From Phoronis australis (Eukaryota; Animalia; Phoronida), in the NCBI GenBank assembly GCA_002633005.1, contig NMRA01000016.1, positions 1,772,336 to 1,836,335 of the forward strand: a stretch of DNA of 64,000 nt, read 5' to 3'. Positions within the stretch are counted from its first letter, which is position 1. Every line of letters begins with the position of its first letter. The notes under the pieces were generated by a model. It saw nothing but the letters and a program-made list of their open reading frames with translations. It was not told the DNA's origin and made no database searches. This document shows, in pieces, positions 51,646-64,000 of this stretch. The translations under genes and the position numbers were made by a program.

Positions 51646-53455
51646 CTGAAAAGCAATTATAGGCCTTAGTCAAGCAATGGGCAATCACATTTCAGGTGCA
51701 ATTTTCATGTCGACCAGACAGGAAGAAAGAATGAATCAAGAAAGCTAACAAAGGATCTTAAGTTGACAGAGCAACAAGTACAAATTAACTGAAGGATAAC
51801 GAGCAATAAAAATACTATGCGGAGGGTTTAGATTCAGAAATTTCTATCAAAAGGTGTAATATTTCGTCACAAGATGCATTTTCACCAAAGACTACACTTG
51901 GCCCACTTGAAGCGGAAGTAGAAACCCAAAATAGAGTTTGGCACATAACAGTATGGGGAGGGGCGACAAGCCTGCCATGGAGATGGATCATACGTTCACT
52001 GGGAACCATGACAGTGCTCATTAATATCATCATGACAACAATAACTGTGCCAATGCACTAGGCTCATACCAGGTTCAAATGAGGGGCAAAAGTACCATCG
52101 GTTTCAATGGATAAAATGCTGGCAAAAACGCTAGAGTTTCAGCTAGACAGATGTGATGTGCACGAAGGGCGTAAGCATTTACTTTCATTGTTTCCTCAGC
52201 ACCCGAACTGCTTTCAAGAGAAAATTGATGTCAAAATTATGAAAAACACAGACCTCTTTCCTATGCGCAGAAGTTTTTAGAAGTAAACGGTCTGGGCACA
52301 ACATAGCTGGAGAAAAGGCCAACAGTTGTGGGTTACATGTACGCTGTATCTCAAGCCACTAACAAAACTGATCATTGTAAACATCCATGTTGCTGTAGAA
52401 TTTGCTACAAGCAAAAGAGTACGCAAAAATGCTAGTGCTTTACCCAGTTTGTGAAGGAAGAATAAGTGACCAGATCTAAATTAGTTAGAAGTCAAACTAC
52501 ACTGGAAAACCTACTCCAAATCCGTTGTCAGGGTTACCAGCATCGTAACAGTTGTGTTTCGAAGTCAATGTAGTGTGCTCCTGGGAGCAATTTCGGCAAA
52601 TATATTTGACCAAAATAGACATGATATTGTCATCCATATGTCATTACATCATTTTCACAACAAACTCGGAATTCATGTATCTGCGCACCCTTGACGGTTT
52701 GGCAATGGACACATTTTCAAGAAAAATTTCCTTGGGAGTGCTCACTGTGGGAGCATTTTTGTGTCATTTCACTAACCCAACCTTTCTCTAAGATTATAAG
52801 ATACTGAAAATGCACCCACTAAAACAAAATGATGACAGACTAATTTTTGTTAACACAAAATCCACAGAAGTATGAAAGAAAATGATGTTCATTGGATTAT
52901 TTTTCAGTTAAATGGCTGAAACAGGAAAGGTGAGTGCTGGTTTTTAACCAGGTGATGAGCAGAACCATACAGGCATGTGAAATTTCAAGGTCTTTAGCAG
53001 TTCCTAGTTGTACGTTGTCATAAGTCTTCATACAGCAGCTAGGTGGCTGCAATTTCACTAGCGTTTTTGGTTCATCTTGCTCAAATTTTGAGCTCCCAGG
53101 CTCAAATTTGACTAACACACCCAAACACACCCCGCCTGCATAAACACGTTCTGCTTGACTACCATTGCGACTACAGTAATTTCAAATGACCGGAATATGT
53201 CACATTTTTTTCATTCTAGAGCCCATTAGAGTCTTAATCTATTTTTATCAATTCTTAACAATGACCTGAATATTCACAAAAACTGTTAACCACGAACACA
53301 GAACATTGTTGTTTCCTTCTCATAGGACTATAGTTCACTAAACAAGGAGCTTGACTACCTCCCGAGGCTTTCTCCACACTTAACATAAATCATGGTGAGA
53401 ACAAAGCCAAGTTCATTATAACACAGCCTTAAGCTGAGCAGGTGATCTCAATTAC

Positions 53456-53560
53456 CAATCCAACAATACTCCAGCCAGCTGTTCATCAGTCAAGTTGGTC
53501 AGTTTGGCCAGCGACTTCCATCGCTCATGTTCAGTTCCGATACAAAGATGATTGTCGTAC
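53456..53560 (-). CDS. Zinc-finger gene copy B, exon 2
   Basis: tctttcag| acceptor, TG|GTAATT donor; 105 nt, phase 2 to 2: YDNHLCIGTEHERWKSLAKLTNLTDEQLAGVLLD; homologous to 37628-37723. Confidence 0.8.
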
Positions 53561-54949
53561 CTGAAAGAAAGAAGGGAATGAAATAACTTACATGAGCAAA
53601 GATTCGACGCACTAGTGAGCGGCTAAATATCCATTTCATTCTATTACATAAGTTCAATCTAATTTTGCCTGAACTTTGTAAAAATCTAAAACAGCTTCGT
53701 ATCAGGATGTGTATAAAAATTCTACCTGGCTGTTGTTCACCTTGCCGAAACAGTGACACCCTCCGTTTTGGATGGTGAAACTGCGACAACTGATAATTAC
53801 CTTCCTGCTGCATTGACAATTTCATCAGGCTGCCGGCCATAAATAGCACACTTTTAGGTCAATGACTTACTCCACAGCCCAAGTCGTTGCTGTGTCTGAA
53901 CGTTTAGGGCTGGCCCACATGCGTTTTGCAGTCACAGCAAGTGTTTTCTACCTCTCAGGGTGTTGCAGGCCCTCTTGTTACTACTGACAAAACACAACTG
54001 TCGCCAGGTGCCTTCCCCCCCATCATGCCCAAAGAGCAGGTATCAAACAAATGTATTGCCTTATACTGCTCAAACACTGACCTCTATCCAGGGCCCAACG
54101 GATAACAGTAGGAAGTTTGATGAGGCTCAGAGGCACAGGTCTACATTTTTGGGAGCCTGACACTTAATCACGTATGGGGTCCCTCATGACCAGAAAGAGT
54201 CACATGGTTTTAGTTCTTTGAAGCATGGCCTGTATGTTGTCACACCAAACAGAAGACTACACTCAACATAAACAAAGGTGCCAGATATACCCAGACCTTC
54301 AGAACTGACATAGTCTGGTAAAATCATTGAACAGGAGAGAGCTCTAAAGAGCCAGATAATTATGCAAGAAAATGAGGATTATCTTGGACTGCTTTTTACG
54401 CAAACAGGTGTAATGGGCAAGGTGAGTGTCAGCCGATTCCCAGATTTAATGTTAATATCAGCTTCAGGACCATGCAAGGAGCACAACACCCATGCTGTGT
54501 GAAATTCCCAAGTCTTTGTCAGGTTTAACACACACCGGTTCCAAGCAGTATTTTATTAGTCTGCATGTATGCACATTGTAAACTGGGGTGATTTGTGCAA
54601 AATTTCTACTAATTTGGAAAAAAATATATGCAATGAGCACTTCAATCTTGGTATTTATTGGTTTTATTCATGATGGGGGAAGCCATTTTGTCACACGTCC
54701 TCCATTTTGTGTTATTATACTTCAGTATTAACAACATATTTTTGATGCTTCTGTGACAAAGAGAAATTGAAAAAGTTTGAGTAAATACTTTTACTTGAAA
54801 ATAAACTTTTGTCAATGAGACTATTGCGGATGTGACAAATGGTAATTATTAATGTAATTACATTTACCAATTAATAACTGATCCTTAAAAATTCTTCCTA
54901 CATTTGATTCAAAGATGTGCTGCATATTTTGCCCATGTCTTATTTAGAA

Positions 54950-56847
54950 GGGCAATTCTGTGAAAGGGCCAACCTCGAGACAAAAAATTGTGGTTACACT
55001 AACATTTCTAGTTTCACCCGAAAGCCCATTCTCTCTAGTTTCAGGACCCATATTTGATTGTGCTATAACTGTCAATTTTTTGCTTAAATGGACCCATTTT
55101 TGGGGGTCACTCGACCCTAAAAAAATAGCTTGATTTTCATGTGTGTCGCTAATTATTGCCATAAAAAAGCTAATGATGGGCATTTCACTATACTATGAAA
55201 TTTTTGCAATCACATGAACCCCAAAATTTATAAAAAATAACATTTCAATTTTAGCACATCCTCGACCTCTTGGGGTCAAAGGTCAACTCCTGGATATCAT
55301 GGTGCCGTACGTCTGACACAAAAAAGTGTTAAAAAGTTTAGTTACGTAAAATTTTTTAATCAAAATTAAAATAATTTCAGATTCTCTTTTAACTTGTTAC
55401 TCAATACTATTGACCAAAATTTTAGATCCCACGGATTAGTCATTGAGTCAGAAATTGCGTGACAGACGTACAGCAAATTTGTACGTCCGCCACATACCTT
55501 CCGTCACACCCATGAAACTACAATTTTTCAGTCCATAAAAATAACCTTAGGTCATGTTTTTACTTTCTAAACTTGCAGAAGATCAAATGTATCTCACACC
55601 TAAGAACCTTAAAACGTTAAAATGTTACAAAGGCAGCTTTAAAATTATGCCAAGAAGTTGCTACAGATTTAAACTAAATGCCTAGGACTTTTTCAATTTC
55701 AAAAGTATTTGAAGAAAAGTTATAGTTTACAATGTCATCTAGATATTCTTAGTAGAATTCAACTGATTAAAATCAGCCAGTTGGACCACATAAAATGTAA
55801 ATAATAAAATATTCCTACAAATGAATACCTAAGGTGCTCTACAGCATAAATAACAAGAGACCTAAAGGAATACATGTCAAGTTGCTATTGCGCTGGAATC
55901 AACATGTTATTTCTGCTCTGACCTGCTATGTTTTATGGTAAAAAAGCCGATACTGGGCATTTTTAAGCAATAGGAACTTGTCACCTACTTTATTGAGCAT
56001 TTTTCTCATACCCTCACAGATTGTAGTCGTTCTTTTTGGGTTTTTCAGTGAATTTATGGGCCATTGGGTGGCTTGTATGAAATGATTTCAAAGCAAATGA
56101 TTACATTTTTATGTCTCATCTTACATATCTTTGATCCCTCAATCTTTTTAAGCATTAGTCAGACTAATTTTTTTCTGCTGAGCTTCGATAAACAGGCATT
56201 TAGAAACGATGGAGGAAATTGTTGTAGACCACAGGAAGAACAGATGCAGCTGGGAGAATAAATATCTGCCGGAAAGTTCTCTGAAACTCGAACAAAATGT
56301 CATCGTGGATCAAGAAATTCATAATTGTACTTGTGCGTATTGTGATGTGACATTATTTAAAGCCTCTCTTTAAATTTGAAAAGAAGGCATGAGTTAAAAA
56401 GCTGGATGAAAACCTAATCATGCTAATCACTAAACAGAAGCCAACATTTGTTAAGTTAATTCTACATATTCCTAGATACTAATCATATATCAATTAATTT
56501 AAAATGTCTCGTTTTCACACTGGAATGGGTGAATGCCAAAAGTCGACGCTGTCTACGACACCATGCTCCACACTTTGTTTTAAGAAGAAAGTGAAGAATT
56601 ATTGCAATTCACAGAAAATTAACGTTAAAAATTAAAAAAAAAATTCTCTGCGGATGTCAATCACACCCGTTTAAAGGCAATTTTCTCAGTCAGATTAAAA
56701 GATAGGAGAAAGGTTGATACACACTTTGAAACCTATCAATGAGACCTATCAATTGATTATTTTCCTAGGAATAGGATGAAATTTTTTTTAACAATTGATC
56801 AAAATGTTCTCTCACTGTTTGTACGTCCGTCACAAATGGAATTGCCC
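54950..56847. mobile_element. Probable non-autonomous DNA transposon of about 1.9 kb in intron 1 of zinc-finger copy B
   Basis: GGGCAATTC...GAATTGCCC terminal inverted repeats; recurring internal GTACGTCCGTCACA-like motif; no long ORF. Confidence 0.55.
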
Positions 56848-57207
56848 AAGGTTGAAAAAGTCTCATTTTTGAGTGTTTGCTATGAATGCATGTGTTGCAC
56901 ACAGTCTAATTTTTCAAAGTGATTATAAACGTCACCTATTTGAATTTTTGCGTGTGGAGAACAATGCAAGTCATGGCTTAATTGTACCTTGAATGAATGT
57001 TGAGCCTCATTTTGGCGTGGAATGTCAACAATCCATGCATCCATTTTAGCTAAGACTAAGAGTAAGAATGGTCTACGTGAGTTTGATGGTTTAGTCAGGG
57101 TTTAGCGTTGTTTGCAAAAAATCTGCCCATGTAAATGACAGATTGAATGTAACACCGCCCAAATGAGTGAGACTGAGATAACAGTCAGACTCAAGAGTGA
57201 CATTTAC

Positions 57208-57410
57208 CGGTCAAGTAAGATTTTCACGACTTTAGGACAAGACTCCGCTCCTATATCGCTCTTTAACTGCAGCAGGCGATGATATTGTGATCCCACATAC
57301 ACTCTTGTAGCGTCCATTTTTCTGTTCAAGATTCTTTTCCTCTCCTTCCTCGCTGAATCGCTTAGTCTGCGACGCGACTTTCGACCACTTCCCTGCGACT
57401 CGGCGTCCAT
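57208..57410 (-). CDS. ZFP91/ZNF692/ZNF653-family zinc-finger gene copy B, exon 1
   Basis: MDAESQG...RKRILNRKMDATRVYVGSQYHRLLQLK...VVKILLDR resembles, from memory, the ZNF692/ZNF653 N-terminal segment; CG|GTAAAT donor, phase 2. Confidence 0.8.
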
Positions 57411-60400
57411 TTTGCTGATTACTGAATGACCTTGACCCGTTGAGCGTGAAGTGAGTGTACTTATCTCAAGGATCGATCGCGTATGCGTAAGCTTGGAATT
57501 AAATATTCATAAAAGCCAGCAAGATTTTTTGTTCAGTGTAAGGGTCGTCCATTTTCTCACTTATTGGAACTTGTGTCTCAGAATCGGAGGAATATGTGAA
57601 TAGTGAATTAATTATTGAATAAGATTGCTAACAAATCCGGGCGGCGCACTGGCGAAAAATTATGTGGGGGGGGGGCTATAGCGAACACCAGTCCCCTATG
57701 GTGCGCAGCCCATGTAATAGAAACACACATGAAGCCAATAAAGGTTTATGGAAATCAATATTTTGTTGGCTAAGATGTAATGCAAGGCAAATTTTTATAA
57801 AACTTGAAAACGTGATTTTTTCCAGTCTTGCCCTATAAGTTTGATCGAGTAAAAGTCCTCTAAGCTCACGAATACGCAATCTCGAGATGAAACAGCACTC
57901 CCAAGTTCAAGCGCAGCAGCAAATTAAACTAACTATAAATCTTTGGCAGCTGTGTCACTCCTGAGGGTTAGACATTTTGATGAGATTCAATGATGTACTG
58001 TACATGTAGTCGGCAATCTCTTCAGAGTTTTTCTCTTACTCTGTGATGTTTGTAAGGAATTAATAATTGGTGAATATTAAAAGTAAAAGAGGTTAGTTAA
58101 CGTGAATTACACGCGTTTACTCAATCTCAGTTGGCCGTCATGTGTGTCTCATTATTACTACTTTTAATTATTACTGATATTCACGTATAATTACTTCAGT
58201 TTCTGTTATACTGTTATTAATCTTGACTTCTTATTGGCTAATCGATTACTGTAATAAACATTTAATAATAAAATGATAACTCGAGTGTAAAAACTCGTGT
58301 ATGATGATTTCAATTATCTAAAATGTTAGTAAGACACTGAAAAGACTTTAAAAATGTTGACAAGATTAAAAAAAACAGGAAATGTCGGCAAGACTTTTAG
58401 AAATCTCAAGCTTTAGGTTTGAAAACCTTGCTAACATTTATACATCTAAAAACCTTGCCAACAATTCCTGGTATTCTTTCCAAGATTTCTTAATGTCTTG
58501 CCCAACGTTCCCAAAAATGTTGTCATTTTTAGATTTTCAATACACGTAAGTCTTGACAAGATTTCAAAATTGCATTTCGCTTTGCATACATCAGCTCCAG
58601 CTAAAAACGAAAATCGAATTGGGCCTTTTACTAGCCTAAATCGAACACGTAATATTCGTTATACTCATAGGATGCTATTTCCGTTACCAAAGAGAACGTT
58701 GAAACGACCCGGCAATGACTCAAGCCGAAAATGCTTCAGTTAGAGTTTAAATGTTGGCCTACCCGGCATACATGTGTATAAAATCGCGAAAATGACGTAT
58801 GTATACATTACCTGTGACTTGAGGCGGTAACGGGTATGGTATCCTGTCACGGACAGGTACATGTGCAATTGAGGCTGTCTCTAATGTGCCATTGGACAGT
58901 CCAAACGTTGAGCCCACGTGTGGGTAGGCCTATACTTAGTGTTAAAAGGATAATAAACCCTGTTTTAGTGATTTCAGCCAATGCTCATTCTGTGACTTGC
59001 TAATGCATTTTGGCAGCAATCGTGAAAGATAAAAGCAGGAATCAACTCCTAAGTCACACTAGATTGGGGATTTTGGTTCTTGGTGGGTGGTCTTTTTCAC
59101 AGGTGCCTTCAGGTGTAATTCACTATACAGTGTAAGCGTAGGTCACGCTTGCCGTGTAGCAGACTTCGAAAGGACTGTTTTCGAATTTTCATCCAAACTT
59201 CTGAGGGTTGTCGAGTGTTATAGAGCATTAATTATTTTGTTTCAGGTAATTGGATGGGAAAGACAAGTCGTTTTTAATATCTGTTAATAGGCCAAAACCC
59301 GGGTTTGGTATTTTCTTTTAAGTTAAAAAAGATTATTTCCTTTCACCCGAATGAATATCAACAATCAGTACCAATATGTACAGTACATGTCCTAAATTAC
59401 AGGCCTTGCATCTCTTGGCGTTTCTGTTATAAAATTTGACGTTCATAAAAAATAAAGTTCAGTGACATTCACTTGTGGCGGCCATTTTGTATGTGGGCAA
59501 CCATTAATTTAACTCACATTCTTTATATTCTAAAAATTATGGTATCAGCGTGTTGGAAAAGAATTGGATTTAACTAATCTGAAGTTTAGATTAAATTCGT
59601 TTTGTAAAATTTTAAGGTGAAATGAAGTGGCAAGGGGAACTCAAATACATGTACTTCAAAACTTCCCACTCTGTCGTAATCTACTACAACCTCGGGACTT
59701 TAAGTTCCGAGGAATTTAAGTACATATAAGTTGCTTTCTTTAGAATTGAGTGAAAAACGATAATACACGAGTTTGTTGATTTTAAAAAATAGCAGAATAT
59801 AAACGTAAAACGAAAGCAATTACACATTTTTTTCAAACGCGTCCCATTTGCAGGTAGTCACATATGTGTTCAGTCATGAGGAAAACACGGATGAAAATTC
59901 GAAGATTAAAATTCCAATATTAAAAACTTTTAACGTTTTAAAAAACATTTATACACCTTTCTAGGCAAGAACACCTAGTCAATCGTCTATGCAAAACACG
60001 TGAACCCAAATTGTTCCTCACACGATCGTACTGTATATTTTGTAAACGCCTACTTAAAATAAACTACGTCATTACGATACGATACAACACCGCTTAGAGT
60101 TTTTGATTTACATGCAACACAAACAAAAACAGTACGTCTTGCTCTTTTGTCCAGCTACTTAAAACTACACTGCAACCCACCGAGATCCCCAAGCAATCTT
60201 GATGCGCCTAGTACCAAGTAATATCGAACTTCTCAAGCTTACTGTTTTCTAATCTCAGTGTGATGATCAACACGAGATCAATAAATAACGGCAGCAAAAG
60301 CTAGTTTTTAACAGAAGGCGCGGGTTTACCGTCCGTTATGAAAACCTGGTCGACAAGTTTGTGTACATCTACAAAACCGTAGACGTGACTTAGTAAGACA

Positions 60401-61120
60401 ATTATATATTTCGTGAAAAAGCATGCCTCTAAAAAATGACTTATGACTTTAGGTAACTTTGCTAGTAATTGGGTCAGGTGACAAAGTCCTTTGACTGAAA
60501 TCTTGTAAAAAAAAACATACATCCATAGCAAAAGAAAGGTATCACATATATACAATATTGAAGATGAAATTTCTGAAGGATTCGTCCTCGATTCATGCAA
60601 AAGTCATAAAAGTCCTATTTGTCGTTAGCCTTTCACGCATGAATTTGTGGAACACTCTAAAATAATACCATAACAGCGTTTTGGACTCAGGCACATAAAA
60701 CATGATATCTGAAAGTTTCATATGAAACCGATTAGCCATTTCCGAGAAGTCAAATTTTGAATTTTCCTAAGGTCCTACAGAATTTCACCTAATGAGACGG
60801 CATGCGCTATAATGGCACGGGAAAAATTAAAATAAGTTCGGCCGATCCGCGACTTGCGCGGCATCGCGCCGACATACCACTCTATATGACAAATATTTTA
60901 AGTCCAGCCTACTGTATGCGGGATGCTAACCAGTGAATATCGTTAGGCCGTTGGCTTGAGTTCGTTGTTGGTGATGCTCAATTCAATTCTCCGTTCCTCA
61001 CGTGAAGTAACTGGTAGGCAATTTTAAGCGTGGTATTAGCGATTAGCTTCGTTTGACTCTTGAATTCTTTATAGTGGGATGGCATATTTAGTGAAGAAAT
61101 TGTTGGTCGTGCATTAAAGT

Positions 61121-62112
61121 TCAGTCGTAGCTCATTCCAACGCTATTGTAACGGTTTAACATTTTGCGAAGTGCTTGTTTGTAGGCGGGTATTGCCACCA
61201 CATATAAAACGGGATTAAGAAGTGAATTCAGTCCTGGAAGATCCGATAGAAACGCTCGAAGCGAAGATATTCTCCAATCCTCCAACAACAATACAGACGG
61301 AGGAGGATAGGCGATCTTAGCAATCAAATGAGGCCATGTACTTATCAACTTAAACACTACAAACTTCATCACTGCCTTAGTGAGTTTGTATTGACGTAGG
61401 TGTTGTGCACTTAGTTCGTTGAAGTTTTTTTTCCGTTGGCGGTAGGCCAAAAAAATCACGTAAAAATGAAGACCGACAATAATGACTTCTGGAATGTAGA
61501 TCGTCAATGTGACGCATGCCACTCTTATTGAAGATCTTTTAAATATTGTCTGAAACAAACACATGTCTCGGTAACCGTTAAAGTCCTTGTTTAAAGTTAA
61601 CAGAAGAAATACGTTTACTAGCGGGCCATAAAAGAATGCTGTGATTACAAGCTTCTTTAAGACGCTGGTTGTCATCAAAACTTCGTGTCGTAGAGGAAAC
61701 TGGATTGAAACAAACCTGTCCACATTTACAACTGCAAGCATGGCAGTGGATACGTAGGTTGGAACGGAGACACCGTAGATGAAACCTATGCAGGCGGGGG
61801 TGCTAGTAATGGCGGACATTGGCAGCGACTCCCAGCACAGTGGTACGACAAGTTTCTTGAATGTATTGAGTGGCAGACAGAGTCCTACCAGCAGATCACT
61901 GAGTCCAAGGCCAAAGATTATGACGCTGGTGTCTTCCTTGCGTACTTCTGGGAATTTGATGTAGGCCGCGAGGCTAAACAAACCAAAATGTTACCAACAC
62001 TTATGCCCAAGGCGAGGAGAACTTCGAAAGTGATGTGTAAGTACAATGCAACATTCGGCGTTGATCCATCAGCGTACCACGGTGTGTGGTTAGAACTAGT
62101 TAAATTGGACAT
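61121..62112 (-). pseudogene. Single-exon rhodopsin-class (class A) GPCR with one frameshift near 61975-61985 (pseudogene or assembly indel)
   Basis: MSNLTSS... with TM1 GN in one frame; LGLSDLLVG (TM2), VDRFVSIQFPLRH (DRY-like) and NSLLNPVLY (NPxxY) in another; ATG to stop is 992 nt, not a multiple of 3. Confidence 0.85.
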
Positions 62113-63435
62113 TTGTTTCCGGAGTGAGAAAAGCGCACTCCTGAACAACTTGTACATGAAAAGTGTAATACGTATATTTGTATATATAACATAGTTACAA
62201 GGAATAAGTGTTGGAACGTAACGAGTTACCATGGTTACCAAATGTAGCGAAATGATCCCATCCGTCAAGCAAATGAAACACATGCATGCGTATAATGATG
62301 CGATTCTGCAGATATGGCAAAATTTTAGCCACATCGTCCAGTTTTTTAAGAAAATGTGTAAATTTCCTCCTTCAGAAACTTGTAGAAAAGCCCAGGAGAC
62401 GCGTGGCCTGACTTTTATTTTGTCGACAATCTACTGTGCAGTCTTAGATTTGAGTACATTTTTGGCGGCAGTTGAAATTAGATTCTAATTCACAGGCGCA
62501 ATAATATAATATTTAAAGAAAATCAACTTTTGTGTGCCATACATACGTTACATTAAGCACTTTTTTTGCAAAAAAAAACATTGAAATTTGTAGTTAAAAG
62601 GATTTTCTAACAAGTCGTTGTAGTATGAAATTCAATGCGGGGCATCTAATCTAATAAAATGAAGTGAACTTTGATTTAAAGTGATGAGTATCCCCAATTA
62701 AAGTGTTGTCTTATTGAAATCTCGAACTAGCGACTGTCAACTTGTATGTATTTTCTGAGACTAAGGGTCAAGCCTAACCTGTTCGTGCCATTCTCGTGGT
62801 CACGTGACTATGCTTTTTGACAAATTTGTCATTTTTGAAAGATAAAGTGATGGGGGGAAAATCCTTTAACCAACATTCAACAAAAACCGTGCAAGGGATT
62901 TTTTATAACTGGAGCCGTCGTTTGTTAATCTCAAAGATACGTTTTGCTCAGCACTTTTCTGGGAATAATTGATTTTAAATCACATGGAAAATGGCGAAAG
63001 CTCTGATAAAAATCTGTGACATCGTTTTCCCATTGAAAAGACATCGTTTTTGCTGCTGAAAAACACAATTTTGGAATTATTGTTGAATGGGATGGACTTT
63101 TGAAATTCTTAGGTTTGGTCAGCTATAAAACGTCAAATTGCGTTGCGTGTTGGTGATTTTATTGCTAACCGCCTGTTCTCGTAGTTGTCTGCCAGAGAAT
63201 AAAAGTCTGATTTCCTAATTTTAGCGTAGGTCGCCATAAATCATCACTTCGATATGATTTGAAAGATGAAGATTTGCAGTTATATCCTGTCAGTCAAATG
63301 TTCCTGCAATTTATCTCTCAGGGTACTGACACTTGTAATATCTTACAGTTCTAGAAATCATTAGATATAAACCGTGAACGGATCAAAGGCAGATCGCATT
63401 AGTAATACTCTGAGAAAATAATTTAGCTTTGTCAC

Positions 63436-63693
63436 CTGAGGCCCCTTCCAAGAAAACTAATTTAGCTAAGACAAATCTTAAATTTCTGTCTGTTTTAAGA
63501 TAAAATTCAAATTTATCTCAATTCTGTTTCGAGAAAGAGGGTTCTTAGGTTTGACTTGAGTTTTTGACTTAAGTTTTGTCTTAATTTTGATTAACAATCC
63601 GGAAGTGGAAGTTTCAAAGTTTGGGAGTTGAGACAAATCTTAGACTCAAGTCAAAAATGAACTTAAGTCAATTTCTTGGAACGCCGGGGCCCC
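63436..63693. mobile_element. MITE with GGCCCC..TTCCAAGAAA terminal inverted repeats
   Basis: CTGAGGCCCCTTCCAAGAAA at left, TTTCTTGGAACGCCGGGGCCCCTG at right; internal TAAGAC/GTCTTA sub-repeats. Confidence 0.6.
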
Positions 63694-64000
63694 TGGTCTC
63701 TAGTTCTGCTTTGACTGTCGCTAGGACACTGTCTAAAGACGCTCAGGTGGGACTTCACGTTCTCATCACATCTGATGCATGACAAAATGTTTTTGATTAT
63801 TCTATTAATGGTGTTTCATTATTTACCAACGCATTTGATTTCTTCAATGATATTTCGCAATGATTAATACTAAATGTTTGTTCACACGATCACAATGTGC
63901 ATGTCAATTACTCAAACAGTCCAAAAAGTGTTGACACTGCCGCATTCAATTTTGCGTATCTCTGAGGAGGCAACTAGCAAACGGTACCTAATGCAGGCCT

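Overview
Eukaryotic, intron-rich genomic DNA of an invertebrate animal (AT-rich, MITE-dense, one N gap at 1712-2448). Gene models were built by hand from splice signals and exon phases. (1) A minus-strand type II membrane TNF-superfamily ligand (Eiger/EDA-like) spans 21676 to 4225. Six shared exons are followed by TWO alternative, divergent terminal exons (8467-8742 and 4225-4491), each encoding the C-terminal half of the TNF homology domain. An 87-bp inverted repeat lies between them. (2) A convergent inverted pair of ZFP91/ZNF692/ZNF653-family C2H2 zinc-finger genes. The minus-strand copy is complete (4 exons, about 594 aa). The plus-strand copy has no recognisable first coding exon and carries compensating frameshifts, yet keeps an intact zinc-finger exon. 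(3) A single-exon rhodopsin-class GPCR with a frameshift at the end of TM1. The rest is non-autonomous DNA transposons (several with 5-bp TSDs), a LINE remnant, a tRNA-like element and simple repeats. The best candidate for a novel system is receptor-specificity switching of a TNF ligand by swapping half of its TNF domain through alternative last exons.
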